NCBI GenBank assembly: GCA_007129985.1
Contig: SKUL01000325.1
Span: 1 to 39,048 of the forward strand
Direction of reading: 5' to 3'
Origin: Flavobacteriales bacterium
GTDB taxonomy: Bacteria > Bacteroidota > Bacteroidia > Flavobacteriales_D > SKUL01
Length of the DNA: 39,048 bases
The position numbers were made by a program, and so were the translations under genes. Shown here in pieces: positions 28,626 to 38,700 of this stretch. The notes under the pieces are model-generated. The model ran no database searches, was not told the origin of the DNA, and saw nothing but the letters and a program-made list of their open reading frames with translations. Numbering within the stretch: position 1 is the first letter of the stretch; each line of letters starts with the position of its first letter.

Positions 28626-30047
28626 ATGAAAGACGCAACAAAACCCTTTGACCCGACCTCAGCCGAAGATTGGCGCAACCTTATCCGAAAGGAGTTAAAG
28701 TCCCTCGACTACGACGACCTTTGCTGGACTCCTGCCAACGGCCTCCATCTGAAACCCGATTACAGCAGCGAGGATTTACCCGAACCTGCAGTATTTATCC
28801 CCGGAAATGGCCGTCCCGAAGGCTGGCTTATTCGCGAGGATGTGGCTGAAACGGCCTCCGCAGATGCCAACAAAACAGGACTCAAACTGCTCAACAACGG
28901 GGTACATGCGCTAGGCTTCAGGGGTGATTTTTCGTCGGAAGATGATTTAAAAGCCCTGCTGAAAGACATTGAACTACCCTACATTTCCGTGCACTTCGAA
29001 GGCACTACCCGTCCGCGCGTGCTGCTGGAATCACTGGGACAACACGCCAAGAGTAAAGGCTACAGCCCTGATTCGATTAACGGCGGTATGGCATTCGACC
29101 CCATTACGGTACTTTTAAGTCGCGGCAACTGGATATTGAACGAGGCGCGCGACGCCGAAATGGTGCAAGAGCTTCTGAATCTTCGCCTCGAAACCGGACT
29201 TCAACGCTTCACCCCTCTTCGGGTTGACGCATCCATGTACCACCATGCCGGAGCGGATACCGTTACAGAACTCGCCGCAGCACTGGCCCACGCCAACGAA
29301 TACCTGAACTGGTCGCGCGAAGCCAACATTGCGCCCGACGATGCCGCAGCGGGTATTTCGTTCCGACTGGCTTGCGGAAGGTCATACTACACCCAGATTG
29401 CCAAGCTCCGCGCATTGCGTCCACTTTGGGCCAATGTGTGCAAGGCCTATGGTGCCAATCCGCAAAAAGCGGCACAGGTGCAGATTGCGTGCATCACCAG
29501 TCCACGTGAGCGCTCTATGCGAGACCCTTACACCAACATGCTCCGAAACACCACCCAGGCGATGGCTGCGGTTATCGGGGGCTGCAACCACCTGAGGGTT
29601 CTACCGCACGACGACCAGCACAACGATTTCAGCTTGCGCATTGCACGCAACATTCAGTTGCTCCTGGCAGAAGAGGTTCACCTTCGCGAAGTGACTGACC
29701 CTGCCGCGGGCTCTTACATGTTGGAGCGCCTTACTCACGATTTGATGCAGCAAGTTTGGAAACGATTCAAAGAGATAGAGGCGCAAGGCGGTCTCATTGA
29801 AGCAGCCAAAAACGGATGGTTGCAAGAGCAAATCAGCCTTGAAGCCGCCGAAGAAGAGCGCAAAGTCTCGGAAGGAATTCTCACCTACATTGGCGCCAAC
29901 AAGTATCCCAATCCCGATGAACAGGGAAGTGTGCAGGCAGAAAGAAACGCAGAATCTGCCATTACTGAGAGCAAGATGGTAGAGCCGCTCAAATTGCGCC
30001 GCGCCGCTCAACACGTTGAATCCATGTCACAAAGCACCACTGCATGA
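28626..30047 (+). CDS. mutA: methylmalonyl-CoA mutase small (beta) subunit
   Basis: 473 aa, mutase TIM-barrel-like domain lacking the B12-binding domain. ATGA overlap with mutB. Confidence 0.85.
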   Translation: MKDATKPFDPTSAEDWRNLIRKELKSLDYDDLCWTPANGLHLKPDYSSEDLPEPAVFIPGNGRPEGWLIREDVAETASADANKTGLKLLNNGVHALGFRGDFSSEDDLKALLKDIELPYISVHFEGTTRPRVLLESLGQHAKSKGYSPDSINGGMAFDPITVLLSRGNWILNEARDAEMVQELLNLRLETGLQRFTPLRVDASMYHHAGADTVTELAAALAHANEYLNWSREANIAPDDAAAGISFRLACGRSYYTQIAKLRALRPLWANVCKAYGANPQKAAQVQIACITSPRERSMRDPYTNMLRNTTQAMAAVIGGCNHLRVLPHDDQHNDFSLRIARNIQLLLAEEVHLREVTDPAAGSYMLERLTHDLMQQVWKRFKEIEAQGGLIEAAKNGWLQEQISLEAAEEERKVSEGILTYIGANKYPNPDEQGSVQAERNAESAITESKMVEPLKLRRAAQHVESMSQSTTA

Positions 30048-32182
30048 CCCGTATTTCGTTTCAGGATATCGAATTGGATTTTGGTCTGCTTCAACCGGGC
30101 AAGCCTCACTTGGAAACGGGTATGAATACCCCCGAGGGTATTGAGCTCAAACCCCGCTACAGCGCCGAAGACCTCAAAGAAGTGAGTCACCTCGGTTTTC
30201 AGGCGGGCTCCCCTCCTTACCTGCGCGGCCCATACGCCTCCATGTACACCGTGCGCCCCTGGACCATCCGCCAGTACGCCGGTTTTAGCACCGCAGAAGA
30301 AAGCAATTCATTCTACCGCAGAAATCTCGCCGCCGGACAAAAAGGACTGTCGGTTGCATTTGACCTTGCCACCCATCGCGGCTATGATTCCGACCATCCG
30401 CGCGTGGTTGGAGACGTAGGTAAAGCCGGTGTAGCCATTGACAGCGTGCTTGATATGAAGCTGTTGTTCGACCAAATTCCGCTCGATAAGATGTCGGTTT
30501 CCATGACCATGAACGGCGCAGTATTGCCCATCATGGCCTTTTATATTGTAGCGGCTGAGGAACAAGGTGTATCGCCCGACCAACTTTCAGGAACCATTCA
30601 GAACGATATTCTGAAGGAATTCATGGTTCGCAATACCTATATCTATCCTCCGGGGCCGTCTATGCGAATTGTGGCCGACATTTTCCGCTTTACCTCGCGC
30701 CAGATGCCGCGATTCAACTCCATCAGCATCTCGGGCTACCACATGCACGAAGCAGGTGCACCGGCAGATATCGAGCTGGCCTATACACTCGCCGACGGAC
30801 TTGAATACGTCCGCACCGGACTTGAAGCCGGGTTGAGCATTGACGATTTTGCTCCGCGGCTTTCGTTTTTCTGGGCAATTGGGATGAACCATTTTATGGA
30901 GATTGCTAAAATGCGGGCCGGCCGATTGCTTTGGGCGGAGATGATTCAGCAGTTCAATCCGGAGAACCAAAAATCGCTGGCATTGCGCACACATTGTCAA
31001 ACATCGGGCTGGAGTCTTACGGAGCAAGACCCGTTCAACAACGTGGCCCGAACCTGCATCGAAGCGTTGGCTGCAGCTTTTGGCGGTACGCAATCTCTCC
31101 ACACCAATGCGCTGGATGAGGCCATTGCCCTTCCGACTGATTTCTCGGCGCGCATAGCCCGAAACACGCAGATTTATCTTCAGGAAGAAACCGACATCTG
31201 CAAAGTGGTTGACCCTTGGGGTGGCTCGTATTACGTGGAAAGCCTTACCCACGAATTGTACCACCGCGCCAAAAAGCACCTCGCTGAAATTGAAGAACTG
31301 GGCGGAATGGCCAAAGCCATCGAAACAGGTGTTCCGAAAATGCGAATTGAGGAAGCCGCTGCCAAAAAGCAGGCGCGCATTGACGGCGGAAGCTCGGTGA
31401 TTGTGGGCGTGAACCGATACGAAACCGATGAGAAAACCAACATCGAAATTCGCGATGTGGACAACACAGAGGTGCGCCGACAACAACTTGAACGACTTCA
31501 AAAACTCAAATCCGAACGCGATGAAAATGCTTGTCAGCAGGCATTGAACGCGTTGACCGAAGGTGCCAAAAGTGGCGAGGGCAACCTCCTTGAACTGGCC
31601 GTAGAAGCCGCCCGAAAGCGCGCGAGCCTCGGTGAGATTTCGTTCGCACTCGAAAAAGTATTTGGCCGTTATCAGGCTACCATCCGCTCTATAACCGGCG
31701 TATATTCCGAAGAGGTGAAAAACGACGAAGACTTCAACAAGGCGCGCCAAATGTGCAACGACTTTGCCGCCATTGCCGGGCGCAGACCCCGCATCATGAT
31801 TGCCAAAATGGGCCAGGACGGACACGACCGCGGAGCCAAGGTCATTGCTACCGCTTTTGCGGACATCGGCTTTGATGTGGATATCGGGCCGCTTTTTCAA
31901 ACTCCCGAAGAAGCCGCCAAGCAAGCCGTTGAAAACGATGTACACGTGCTCGGCGTGTCATCGCTGGCAGCAGGGCATAAAACGCTCGTACCTGCGGTAA
32001 TTGAAGCACTTAAACAAGCAGGCAGGGAAGATATGCTGGTGGTGGCCGGTGGCGTTATCCCGCAGCAGGATTATGATTTTCTGTACAACGCCGGGGTGGT
32101 TGGCGTATTTGGTCCGGGTACGCGCATAGCCAAAGCAGCGCAGCATATTCTTGATATTCTGACCCAGGGATATCAGGCCTGA
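30044..32182 (+). CDS. mutB: methylmalonyl-CoA mutase large (alpha) subunit
   Basis: 712 aa. [36 protein letters not shown], and the C-terminal B12-binding motif [11 protein letters not shown] (DxHxxG). Confidence 0.96.
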   Translation: MTRISFQDIELDFGLLQPGKPHLETGMNTPEGIELKPRYSAEDLKEVSHLGFQAGSPPYLRGPYASMYTVRPWTIRQYAGFSTAEESNSFYRRNLAAGQKGLSVAFDLATHRGYDSDHPRVVGDVGKAGVAIDSVLDMKLLFDQIPLDKMSVSMTMNGAVLPIMAFYIVAAEEQGVSPDQLSGTIQNDILKEFMVRNTYIYPPGPSMRIVADIFRFTSRQMPRFNSISISGYHMHEAGAPADIELAYTLADGLEYVRTGLEAGLSIDDFAPRLSFFWAIGMNHFMEIAKMRAGRLLWAEMIQQFNPENQKSLALRTHCQTSGWSLTEQDPFNNVARTCIEALAAAFGGTQSLHTNALDEAIALPTDFSARIARNTQIYLQEETDICKVVDPWGGSYYVESLTHELYHRAKKHLAEIEELGGMAKAIETGVPKMRIEEAAAKKQARIDGGSSVIVGVNRYETDEKTNIEIRDVDNTEVRRQQLERLQKLKSERDENACQQALNALTEGAKSGEGNLLELAVEAARKRASLGEISFALEKVFGRYQATIRSITGVYSEEVKNDEDFNKARQMCNDFAAIAGRRPRIMIAKMGQDGHDRGAKVIATAFADIGFDVDIGPLFQTPEEAAKQAVENDVHVLGVSSLAAGHKTLVPAVIEALKQAGREDMLVVAGGVIPQQDYDFLYNAGVVGVFGPGTRIAKAAQHILDILTQGYQA

Positions 32183-32281
32183 TGATTCAAAAACCTTCGC
32201 GCTTCTGAATTGTTATTTCACCAATGGTCTTGCAATGCAAGGTCTGTTTGTGTAATTTTAGACAATCAAATCGGGAGAGAA

Positions 32282-33007
32282 ATGATGAGAGATGTGAATT
32301 TGCGCGATGCGCTGAACGACGCCGAAAACAACCCCATTGAAACAAGCTTACTGGACAAAGTAAATGACTGGCTTCGCGACGATGCGGTTCAGGACAGAGA
32401 CATACTACAGTCTATCGAGGAGAACCCCGGAAACGAGCCTTTGCTCAACGCTTCTAAATTAGATGCCAAACGCATTTACTCCAAAGAAGCCATTGAGCGC
32501 GTTGCCGTAAAATACCGACTGCGGTTTTTGGGCACGCAGCACTACAGCGGTGAAATTCCGCAGGAAGCCATTTCCAAACTCCGCAACCTACAGCGCGTGC
32601 AAAATGTACAAACGGACCGCTACTATATTCTGGCGCCGGCAACGAAATTTAAACTAAGCGACTGCAACCAGGACCCTCTGCTTTTTCTGCCCGTTTCCAA
32701 CGGAAAATTTTATCTGGTACACCAGTGGGGCAATGACCTGAAGTGGTATCGCTCCATCATGAAGTTTCCGTTCCGGAGTCCGGCAACGCTGGCTGCAACG
32801 GTGCTTGCCTTTACATTGCTGCTTACCTTCGTGTTACCCAACAGCATGATTACCGCCGAAACGGAAGCGACTTTCTTCAACCCGGGCAGACTGGTGTTCT
32901 TCCTTTGGATGAACCTTCTGATGGCCGCCGTGCTGTCATACCTCTGTTTCGCGTTTCATTTCACTTTTAGCAAATACAACTGGAACAGTCGGTTTTTCAA
33001 CGATTAG
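32282..33007 (+). CDS. hypothetical membrane protein (soluble N-domain plus two C-terminal TM helices)
   Basis: First ATG of track ORF 32210..33007 (the track start is non-ATG). TM segments ATLAATVLAFTLLLTFVL and LVFFLWMNLLMAAVLSYLCFAF. No family recognised. Confidence 0.55.
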   Translation: MMRDVNLRDALNDAENNPIETSLLDKVNDWLRDDAVQDRDILQSIEENPGNEPLLNASKLDAKRIYSKEAIERVAVKYRLRFLGTQHYSGEIPQEAISKLRNLQRVQNVQTDRYYILAPATKFKLSDCNQDPLLFLPVSNGKFYLVHQWGNDLKWYRSIMKFPFRSPATLAATVLAFTLLLTFVLPNSMITAETEATFFNPGRLVFFLWMNLLMAAVLSYLCFAFHFTFSKYNWNSRFFND

Positions 33008-33018
33008 CCTGGCTTCTG

Positions 33019-33510
33019 TTGGCCGGCTTGTGCGTACTGCTCAGTGCGGGATGCTCTCAGTCGAAGAAAACCGCATCGGCTCATCCTTCTTTCAAGCTTG
33101 AAAGTGCCGAACTAACCATTCACCGCGAGTATCCGGGAGTTTCCGGCCCCACGTGGTATTTCCTGATGTATGAGCTCAAGCTTTCCGTTGAAGCTGAAAA
33201 GCCGGTAAGGTTTGTTGAGTTAAAGGCTGACGGTCGCTCCCTTCCCGTTTTGCAGGTTGTTGGCGGCATGCAATGGTATCAGCGCAGCAACACCGACTTG
33301 TTTTCGGGAACAGAAAAGGAACTCTACGTCCGCGGCCAGGAAACCATCAACCTGCCTGAAAACACAGGTACAACGGCTCCACCCGACGTACCTGAAACCG
33401 TTTTGTTGGTTTATGAAATCAACAACAAGCGATTCGAGCTGCCGATAAGCCAAATCAAAGTGGGAGAACAGGTTTTCCGACCCATGATGCAGTCACCCCA
33501 CAGCGATTAG
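33019..33510 (+). CDS. hypothetical lipoprotein (start codon uncertain)
   Basis: Lipobox LLSAGC|SQ. The track start is a TTG. The reading frame is open from 32971, and a fuller signal peptide (RLAWLLLAGLCVLLSAGC) is encoded upstream without any ATG. Confidence 0.5.
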   Translation: MAGLCVLLSAGCSQSKKTASAHPSFKLESAELTIHREYPGVSGPTWYFLMYELKLSVEAEKPVRFVELKADGRSLPVLQVVGGMQWYQRSNTDLFSGTEKELYVRGQETINLPENTGTTAPPDVPETVLLVYEINNKRFELPISQIKVGEQVFRPMMQSPHSD

Positions 33511-34235
33511 CGCATCGGCCGTATGCTACCGCTTCCTTTTACCGAAAACGTCGAATCGCGCGGAGCACCCGTATAGCGGATATCGCCACTGCCGGAAACA
33601 CTGGCCTCAAGAGACTCCTCGGCGTTTACAAAAGCATCGCCACTACCTGAAATTTTAACGCTCGTAGATTTGGCAGTCATGTTTTGGCCTTTAAAGTCGC
33701 CCGAACCCTTTATGGTCACTTCCAGTCTATCGGCCTTACCGTTGAAGCGAATATCTCCGGAGCCCTGAATATCGGCCTCGATATGACGGTAGGTACCTTC
33801 GGCTGTGATATCACCGGAGCCTTTTACCTTCATCTTCATGGTTCCGCCCAACAAATCGGTGAGTCCGTGAATATCGCCGGAGCCATATACAGCCAATCCC
33901 TCTACACGCTCAGTATTGAGATAGACCTCTACTACTTCTTTGCTTTGAAAGCACTCGTCGGAGTTGATGGTCAAAACACCATTCTCAACTTCGATGCTCA
34001 GCAGGTCGGCTATATTTTTTTGTGCTTTAATAGTAGCCTGAGTAGGAAAATGATTCTGGCTGATGAATACATTCACCGGGCACCTCACTTCAACCGATGA
34101 AAAAGCATCTACAGATATGGACTCCTGCACTACCTCCCCCGCACCTTTTTCGCAGGGCACGCAGGATACCAGCAATGCGCTGAGCGCAATGGTCACGCTA
34201 ATACGGACTGATTTTGTGAATGTCGTTGTTGTCAT
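33507..34235 (-). CDS. head GIN domain (DUF2807) lipoprotein
   Basis: Start moved to Met-37 of the track ORF (MTTTTFTKSVRISVTIALSALLVSC, with lipobox). Seven GSGD(I/F/A) rungs (VKGSGDI, IQGSGDI, IKGSGDF, ISGSGDA, VSGSGDI...) are typical of DUF2807. Confidence 0.75.
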   Translation of the reverse strand: MTTTTFTKSVRISVTIALSALLVSCVPCEKGAGEVVQESISVDAFSSVEVRCPVNVFISQNHFPTQATIKAQKNIADLLSIEVENGVLTINSDECFQSKEVVEVYLNTERVEGLAVYGSGDIHGLTDLLGGTMKMKVKGSGDITAEGTYRHIEADIQGSGDIRFNGKADRLEVTIKGSGDFKGQNMTAKSTSVKISGSGDAFVNAEESLEASVSGSGDIRYTGAPRDSTFSVKGSGSIRPMR

Positions 34236-34611
34236 CTTCGATTTGGTTTTTGATATAGCGTATTTTGAGCGCCAACATGGCAAACTCAGGTTGGTTTCGT
34301 TGTTTGAGCCAATGCACGGAGTCGTCATCCCCATCGCCGGCACGGGCTACTCTGGAAAGCACATCATAGCCATGGATTTGGAGCCATTCAAAGGCCTGTT
34401 CATTTCCCTCGGCTCCATTAATGGTAGCCATCAGATGCGGAAAGCCGTTCTCCATCAGCCAATCGCGTGCTTCCTGCTGATTGCGCAGCGCAAAGCAAAA
34501 AATACCCAACTCGGGATAGCCGTTTTTCATCAGCCAATCGCGAATGCCACGATTTCCTGTGAGGGCTTCACCCCACGCGAGCAAAATTTTAGCCGGATAC
34601 GCACCTTTCAT
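34198..34611 (-). CDS. hypothetical protein with four ~24-aa tandem repeats (a..WL..nG[YF]P.L)
   Basis: 137 aa. Repeats: GIRDWLMKNGYPELGIF, EARDWLMENGFPHLMAT, QAFEWLQIHGYDVLSRV, DSVHWLKQRNQPEFAML. The 3-prime end overlaps the next gene by 38 nt. Confidence 0.55.
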   Translation of the reverse strand: MKGAYPAKILLAWGEALTGNRGIRDWLMKNGYPELGIFCFALRNQQEARDWLMENGFPHLMATINGAEGNEQAFEWLQIHGYDVLSRVARAGDGDDDSVHWLKQRNQPEFAMLALKIRYIKNQIEDDNNDIHKISPY

Positions 34612-34704
34612 TTTTTAAAAGTAGGAACAATTTCAACACTTTCATCATTGTGTTTACGGCAGGTCAAATGTTACCTTTACCGCTGAACACAAAAACCCCA
34701 TCTT

Positions 34705-35595
34705 ATGAGCGCGCCCCAACTTAGTTCTATGTTACCCAAAGACACCTTTTCATCACGTGTGGTGATTGTTACCGGCGGAGGCTCCGGATTGGGCAGAGCC
34801 ATGTCCACCGAATTGGGTCGCCTCGGAGCGAAAGTTGTGATTACCAGTCGCAAGTTGGAAAAACTTGAAGCTACGGCCGCTGAAATTTCTGAAGAAACGG
34901 GTGCAGAAGTACTTCCCCTTGCCTGCGATGTAGCGCAAGCCGACCAGGTAGATGCCATGGTAGCTGCCGTTCTCGACAAGTACGGCAAAATTGACAGCCT
35001 CGTAAACAACGCAGCCGGAAACTTCATTGCCCCCACAGAGCGCCTTTCAGCGCGGGCATTCGGTGTGATTCTCGACATTGTACTCAAGGGCACGGCCCAT
35101 TGCACCCTTGCTGTTGGAAAACATTGGCTTAAAGACGAGCAAGCTACCGGTCGAAGCATTCTCAACATTGCTACTACCTACGCGAGCACAGGCTCCGGTT
35201 ATGTGGTTCCCTCTGCCTGCGCCAAGGCAGGTGTGGTGGCCATGACCCGTTCGCTCGCGGTAGAATGGGGTAACCGCGGTATCCGTATTAACGCCATTGC
35301 ACCCGGCCCGTTTCCTACGAAAGGTGCGTGGGAGCGCCTACTGCCCGGCGACCTTGTGGAGCAATTCAGCATGGACCAACGCGTACCGCTCGGGCGTGTG
35401 GGAGACCCGCGAGAGCTGGCCAATCTGGCCGCCTACCTACTCAGCGATTACGCTGCCTATATCAACGGTGAAGTGGTTACCATGGATGGTGGCGAATGGC
35501 TGCAAGGAGCCGGAGAGTTCAACATGCTCAAGGCCATTCCGCCCAAAATGTGGGACATGCTTGAAGCTCAGGTTCGCGCTGCCAACAAGAAGTAA
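34705..35595 (+). CDS. SDR-family oxidoreductase, 2,4-dienoyl-CoA reductase (DECR)-like
   Basis: VTGGGSGLGRAM (TGxxxGxG), NNAAGN, and an S...Y/K-type catalytic region. 296 aa. The N-terminal region resembles DECR-type SDRs. Confidence 0.85.
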   Translation: MSAPQLSSMLPKDTFSSRVVIVTGGGSGLGRAMSTELGRLGAKVVITSRKLEKLEATAAEISEETGAEVLPLACDVAQADQVDAMVAAVLDKYGKIDSLVNNAAGNFIAPTERLSARAFGVILDIVLKGTAHCTLAVGKHWLKDEQATGRSILNIATTYASTGSGYVVPSACAKAGVVAMTRSLAVEWGNRGIRINAIAPGPFPTKGAWERLLPGDLVEQFSMDQRVPLGRVGDPRELANLAAYLLSDYAAYINGEVVTMDGGEWLQGAGEFNMLKAIPPKMWDMLEAQVRAANKK

Positions 35596-35718
35596 TCCCT
35601 GTTTTTGCTTCATTCAGCACCTTTCTGCTCAAATTAATCGGAGATTTCCATCTTTTAAGCGCCCGATAAGCACGTGCTAAGCCCCGCATTTGGGGTCATT
35701 CATCGAAAAGGCGAAACC

Positions 35719-35777
35719 TTCAGAAGTGTGATTCAGTATCAAGACGAGAATTTGCTACTCGTCAAAACACTTCTGAA
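35719..35777 (+). promoter_or_regulatory. long compound hairpin ending 3 nt before the metalloprotease start codon
   Basis: TTCAGAAGTGT (35719-35729) is the perfect reverse complement of ACACTTCTGAA (35767-35777). An inner stem GACGAG/CTCGTC (35743-48 / 35758-63) has a 9-nt loop. Confidence 0.4.
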
Positions 35778-35780
35778 AAC

Positions 35781-38700
35781 ATGGAACGTACACGCGCCCT
35801 CTTAACATGGATAGCTCTTGGCCTGTTGGCCACTGGGCTTTTCGCACAGCAGAACCCTCCGGTTCCGGCACAGCATCACCTTGCCCAAAAGCTCGCTGAG
35901 TTGCACGCGCAGCAAAGCGAGGCACATCCGGCAGCTCCCGAAGAAAAGATGGTGTTTCATTCGAACGACGACAATGATCACCAATGCGCATTTGACAATC
36001 GTCACGACGTGATGATGGCCAACGACCCGCTTTACCAGAGCGAAATGCAAAACCGCGAGCGCGATTTGCGCGACATCATCAATGCAGACTTTGGCGGACA
36101 CCGCAACGGGGTGCTCACCATGCCCCTTGTGGTGCACATCATTCACAAAGGCGAGCCTCTCGGCAGCGGCACCAATATTTCGGACGAGCAAATTTACTCG
36201 GCCATTGAGGCCTTGAACGAGGACTACCGCAAAATGGCCGGCACCAATGGAGACGGCGATGGTGTGGATGTTGAAATTGAATTCTGCCTCGCCGTTCGCG
36301 ACCCGGATAACAATCCGCACAGTGGTATCAACCGCGTAGATGGTACGACCGTACCGCTTTACGCCGACGAAGGAATTACCGCAGGAATGGGACAGGGCGC
36401 CAACGAAATGGCCATCAAAAACCTAAGCCGCTGGCCCAATCAGCAGTACTACAACATCTGGGTGGTATCTGAAATCGAAAACAACAACGGTGGCGGCGGT
36501 ATTCAGGGATATGCCTATTTCCCAACAACAAGTCAGGTTGACGGAACGGTGATTCTCTTCAACGCTTTCGGTACCGTAGGGAACCTGAAGTCATACACCA
36601 ACATGAACCGAACCCTCACCCATGAGCTCGGTCACGCACTTCACCTTTACCACACCTTTCAGGGCAACAACTGTAACGAGAGCAATTGCAACACACAGGG
36701 AGATCGCGTGTGCGATACACCACCAACAACCATGAACAGCAACTGCAACTCTCCCGCTTGCGGTGGCACTCAGCAGGTAAACAACTACCTGGATTATACC
36801 AGCCAACTCTGCCGGAATATGTTTACCCAAGGGCAGAAAGACCGTATGCGTGCTGCTTTGCTCGGGCCACGGGCTGCTCTGTTGAATTCACAGGCATGTG
36901 TTCCGGTGAACAACCTCGATGCAGGTATCACGCATATCACTCAGCCCACTGGCTCTTTGTGTTCGCCCACCTTTACCCCAGAGGTAACCCTTACCAATTT
37001 TGGTTCAACCACACTTACCAGCGTAGAAATCGTTTACAACGTGGATGGCAATAATCCCCAAACATATGGCTGGACCGGAAGCCTTGCTACAGGAGGTTCC
37101 ACTTCGGTAACGCTTCCCTCCTACACCGGGCCCACAACTGGTGGTACGTTCTACGCGTCAACCAACCAGCCCAATGGGATGGCTGATGAAAACATGTCGA
37201 ATGACACGCATTCTGCTGTTTATACTGCCATCGCCGGAAATGCCATCACCATCAACGTAACAACAGACTTTTACGGAACAGAAACCACCTGGCAGCTCAC
37301 CAACAGCGATAATACCGTACTTGCCTCAGGCGGTCCTTATCCGAATGGATCCATAGGCACCAGCTACATTCAAAACCTGTGCGTAGAAGACGGATGCTAT
37401 ACTTTTACCATCTACGATAGCTTTGGTGACGGTATCTGCTGCTCATTCGGGCCGGGTTCATATTCAGTAACTGATAGCGACGGCAATTCACTCGCTTCAG
37501 GCGGTAACTTCGGAAGCTCAGAATCCACAACTTTCTGTTTCGACAATGACAACGGCAACGCACCGGTTGCCAACTTTCAGGCGAGTGAAACCAACATTTG
37601 CGCCGGTGATGTCATTGACTTTACCGACCTGAGCACCAACGAGCCCACTTCGTGGTCGTGGACATTCAATGGAGGAACTCCCTCCAGCTCTAGCGACGAA
37701 AACCCAAGCGGTATCATTTTCAACACGCCGGGCAACTACACCGTAACACTGGTTGCCACCAATGCAGACGGCAGCCACACAGAAACCAAGAACAACTTCA
37801 TCACTGTAAATGAGCCTACCACCTGGTATGCCGATAACGACGGAGACGGCTACGGCGACCCCAACGTGACCATACTTGCCTGCGAGCAACCCGACGGCTA
37901 TGTAGCCAATGGCGACGACTGTGATGACAACGACTTCAACAACCACGACGACTGTGTGGACTGCAACGGAGTTATGTGGGGCACTGCTTTGATTGACAAC
38001 TGTGGAACTTGCGTGGAAGGCAATACCGGGCTCGTGGCCTGCACCCAGGATTGCAATGGCGACTGGGGAGGAAATGCCACTTTTGACAACTGCGGAAATT
38101 GCGTAGGCGGAAACTCAGGAAACACGCCCTGCTTGCAAGACTGTGCAGGTGTATGGGGAGGTACCGCCTTTACCGATAACTGTGGCGATTGCGTAGGAGG
38201 CAATACCGGACTGACTGCATGTGCTCAAGACTGCAACGGAGACTGGGGCGGAAGCGCTACCACTGATAACTGTGGAGACTGCGTGGGTGGAAACACCGGA
38301 AACGACCCTTGTGAGCAAGACTGTGCAGGTGAATGGGGAGGCTCTGCTACCATTGATGGTTGTGGCGAATGTGTAGGCGGAACAACCGGACTTACACCCT
38401 GTCCTACCGACTGTGCCGGAGTACCCGGAGGCAGCGCCTTTACCGACAACTGCGGAACCTGCGTAGGCGGTAATACCGGCCTTACCCCATGTGTGCAGGA
38501 CTGCAATGGAGACTGGGGAGGATCAGCTACTACCGACAACTGCGGAAACTGCGTAGGTGGCAACACGGGTATGAATCCCTGCCAGCAAGACTGTGCCGGT
38601 GTGTGGGGTGGAACTGCGTCGCTCGATAATTGCGGCGATTGCGTGGGTGGTAACACAGGACAAACACCTTGTACACAGGACTGCAACGGAGTCTGGGGCG

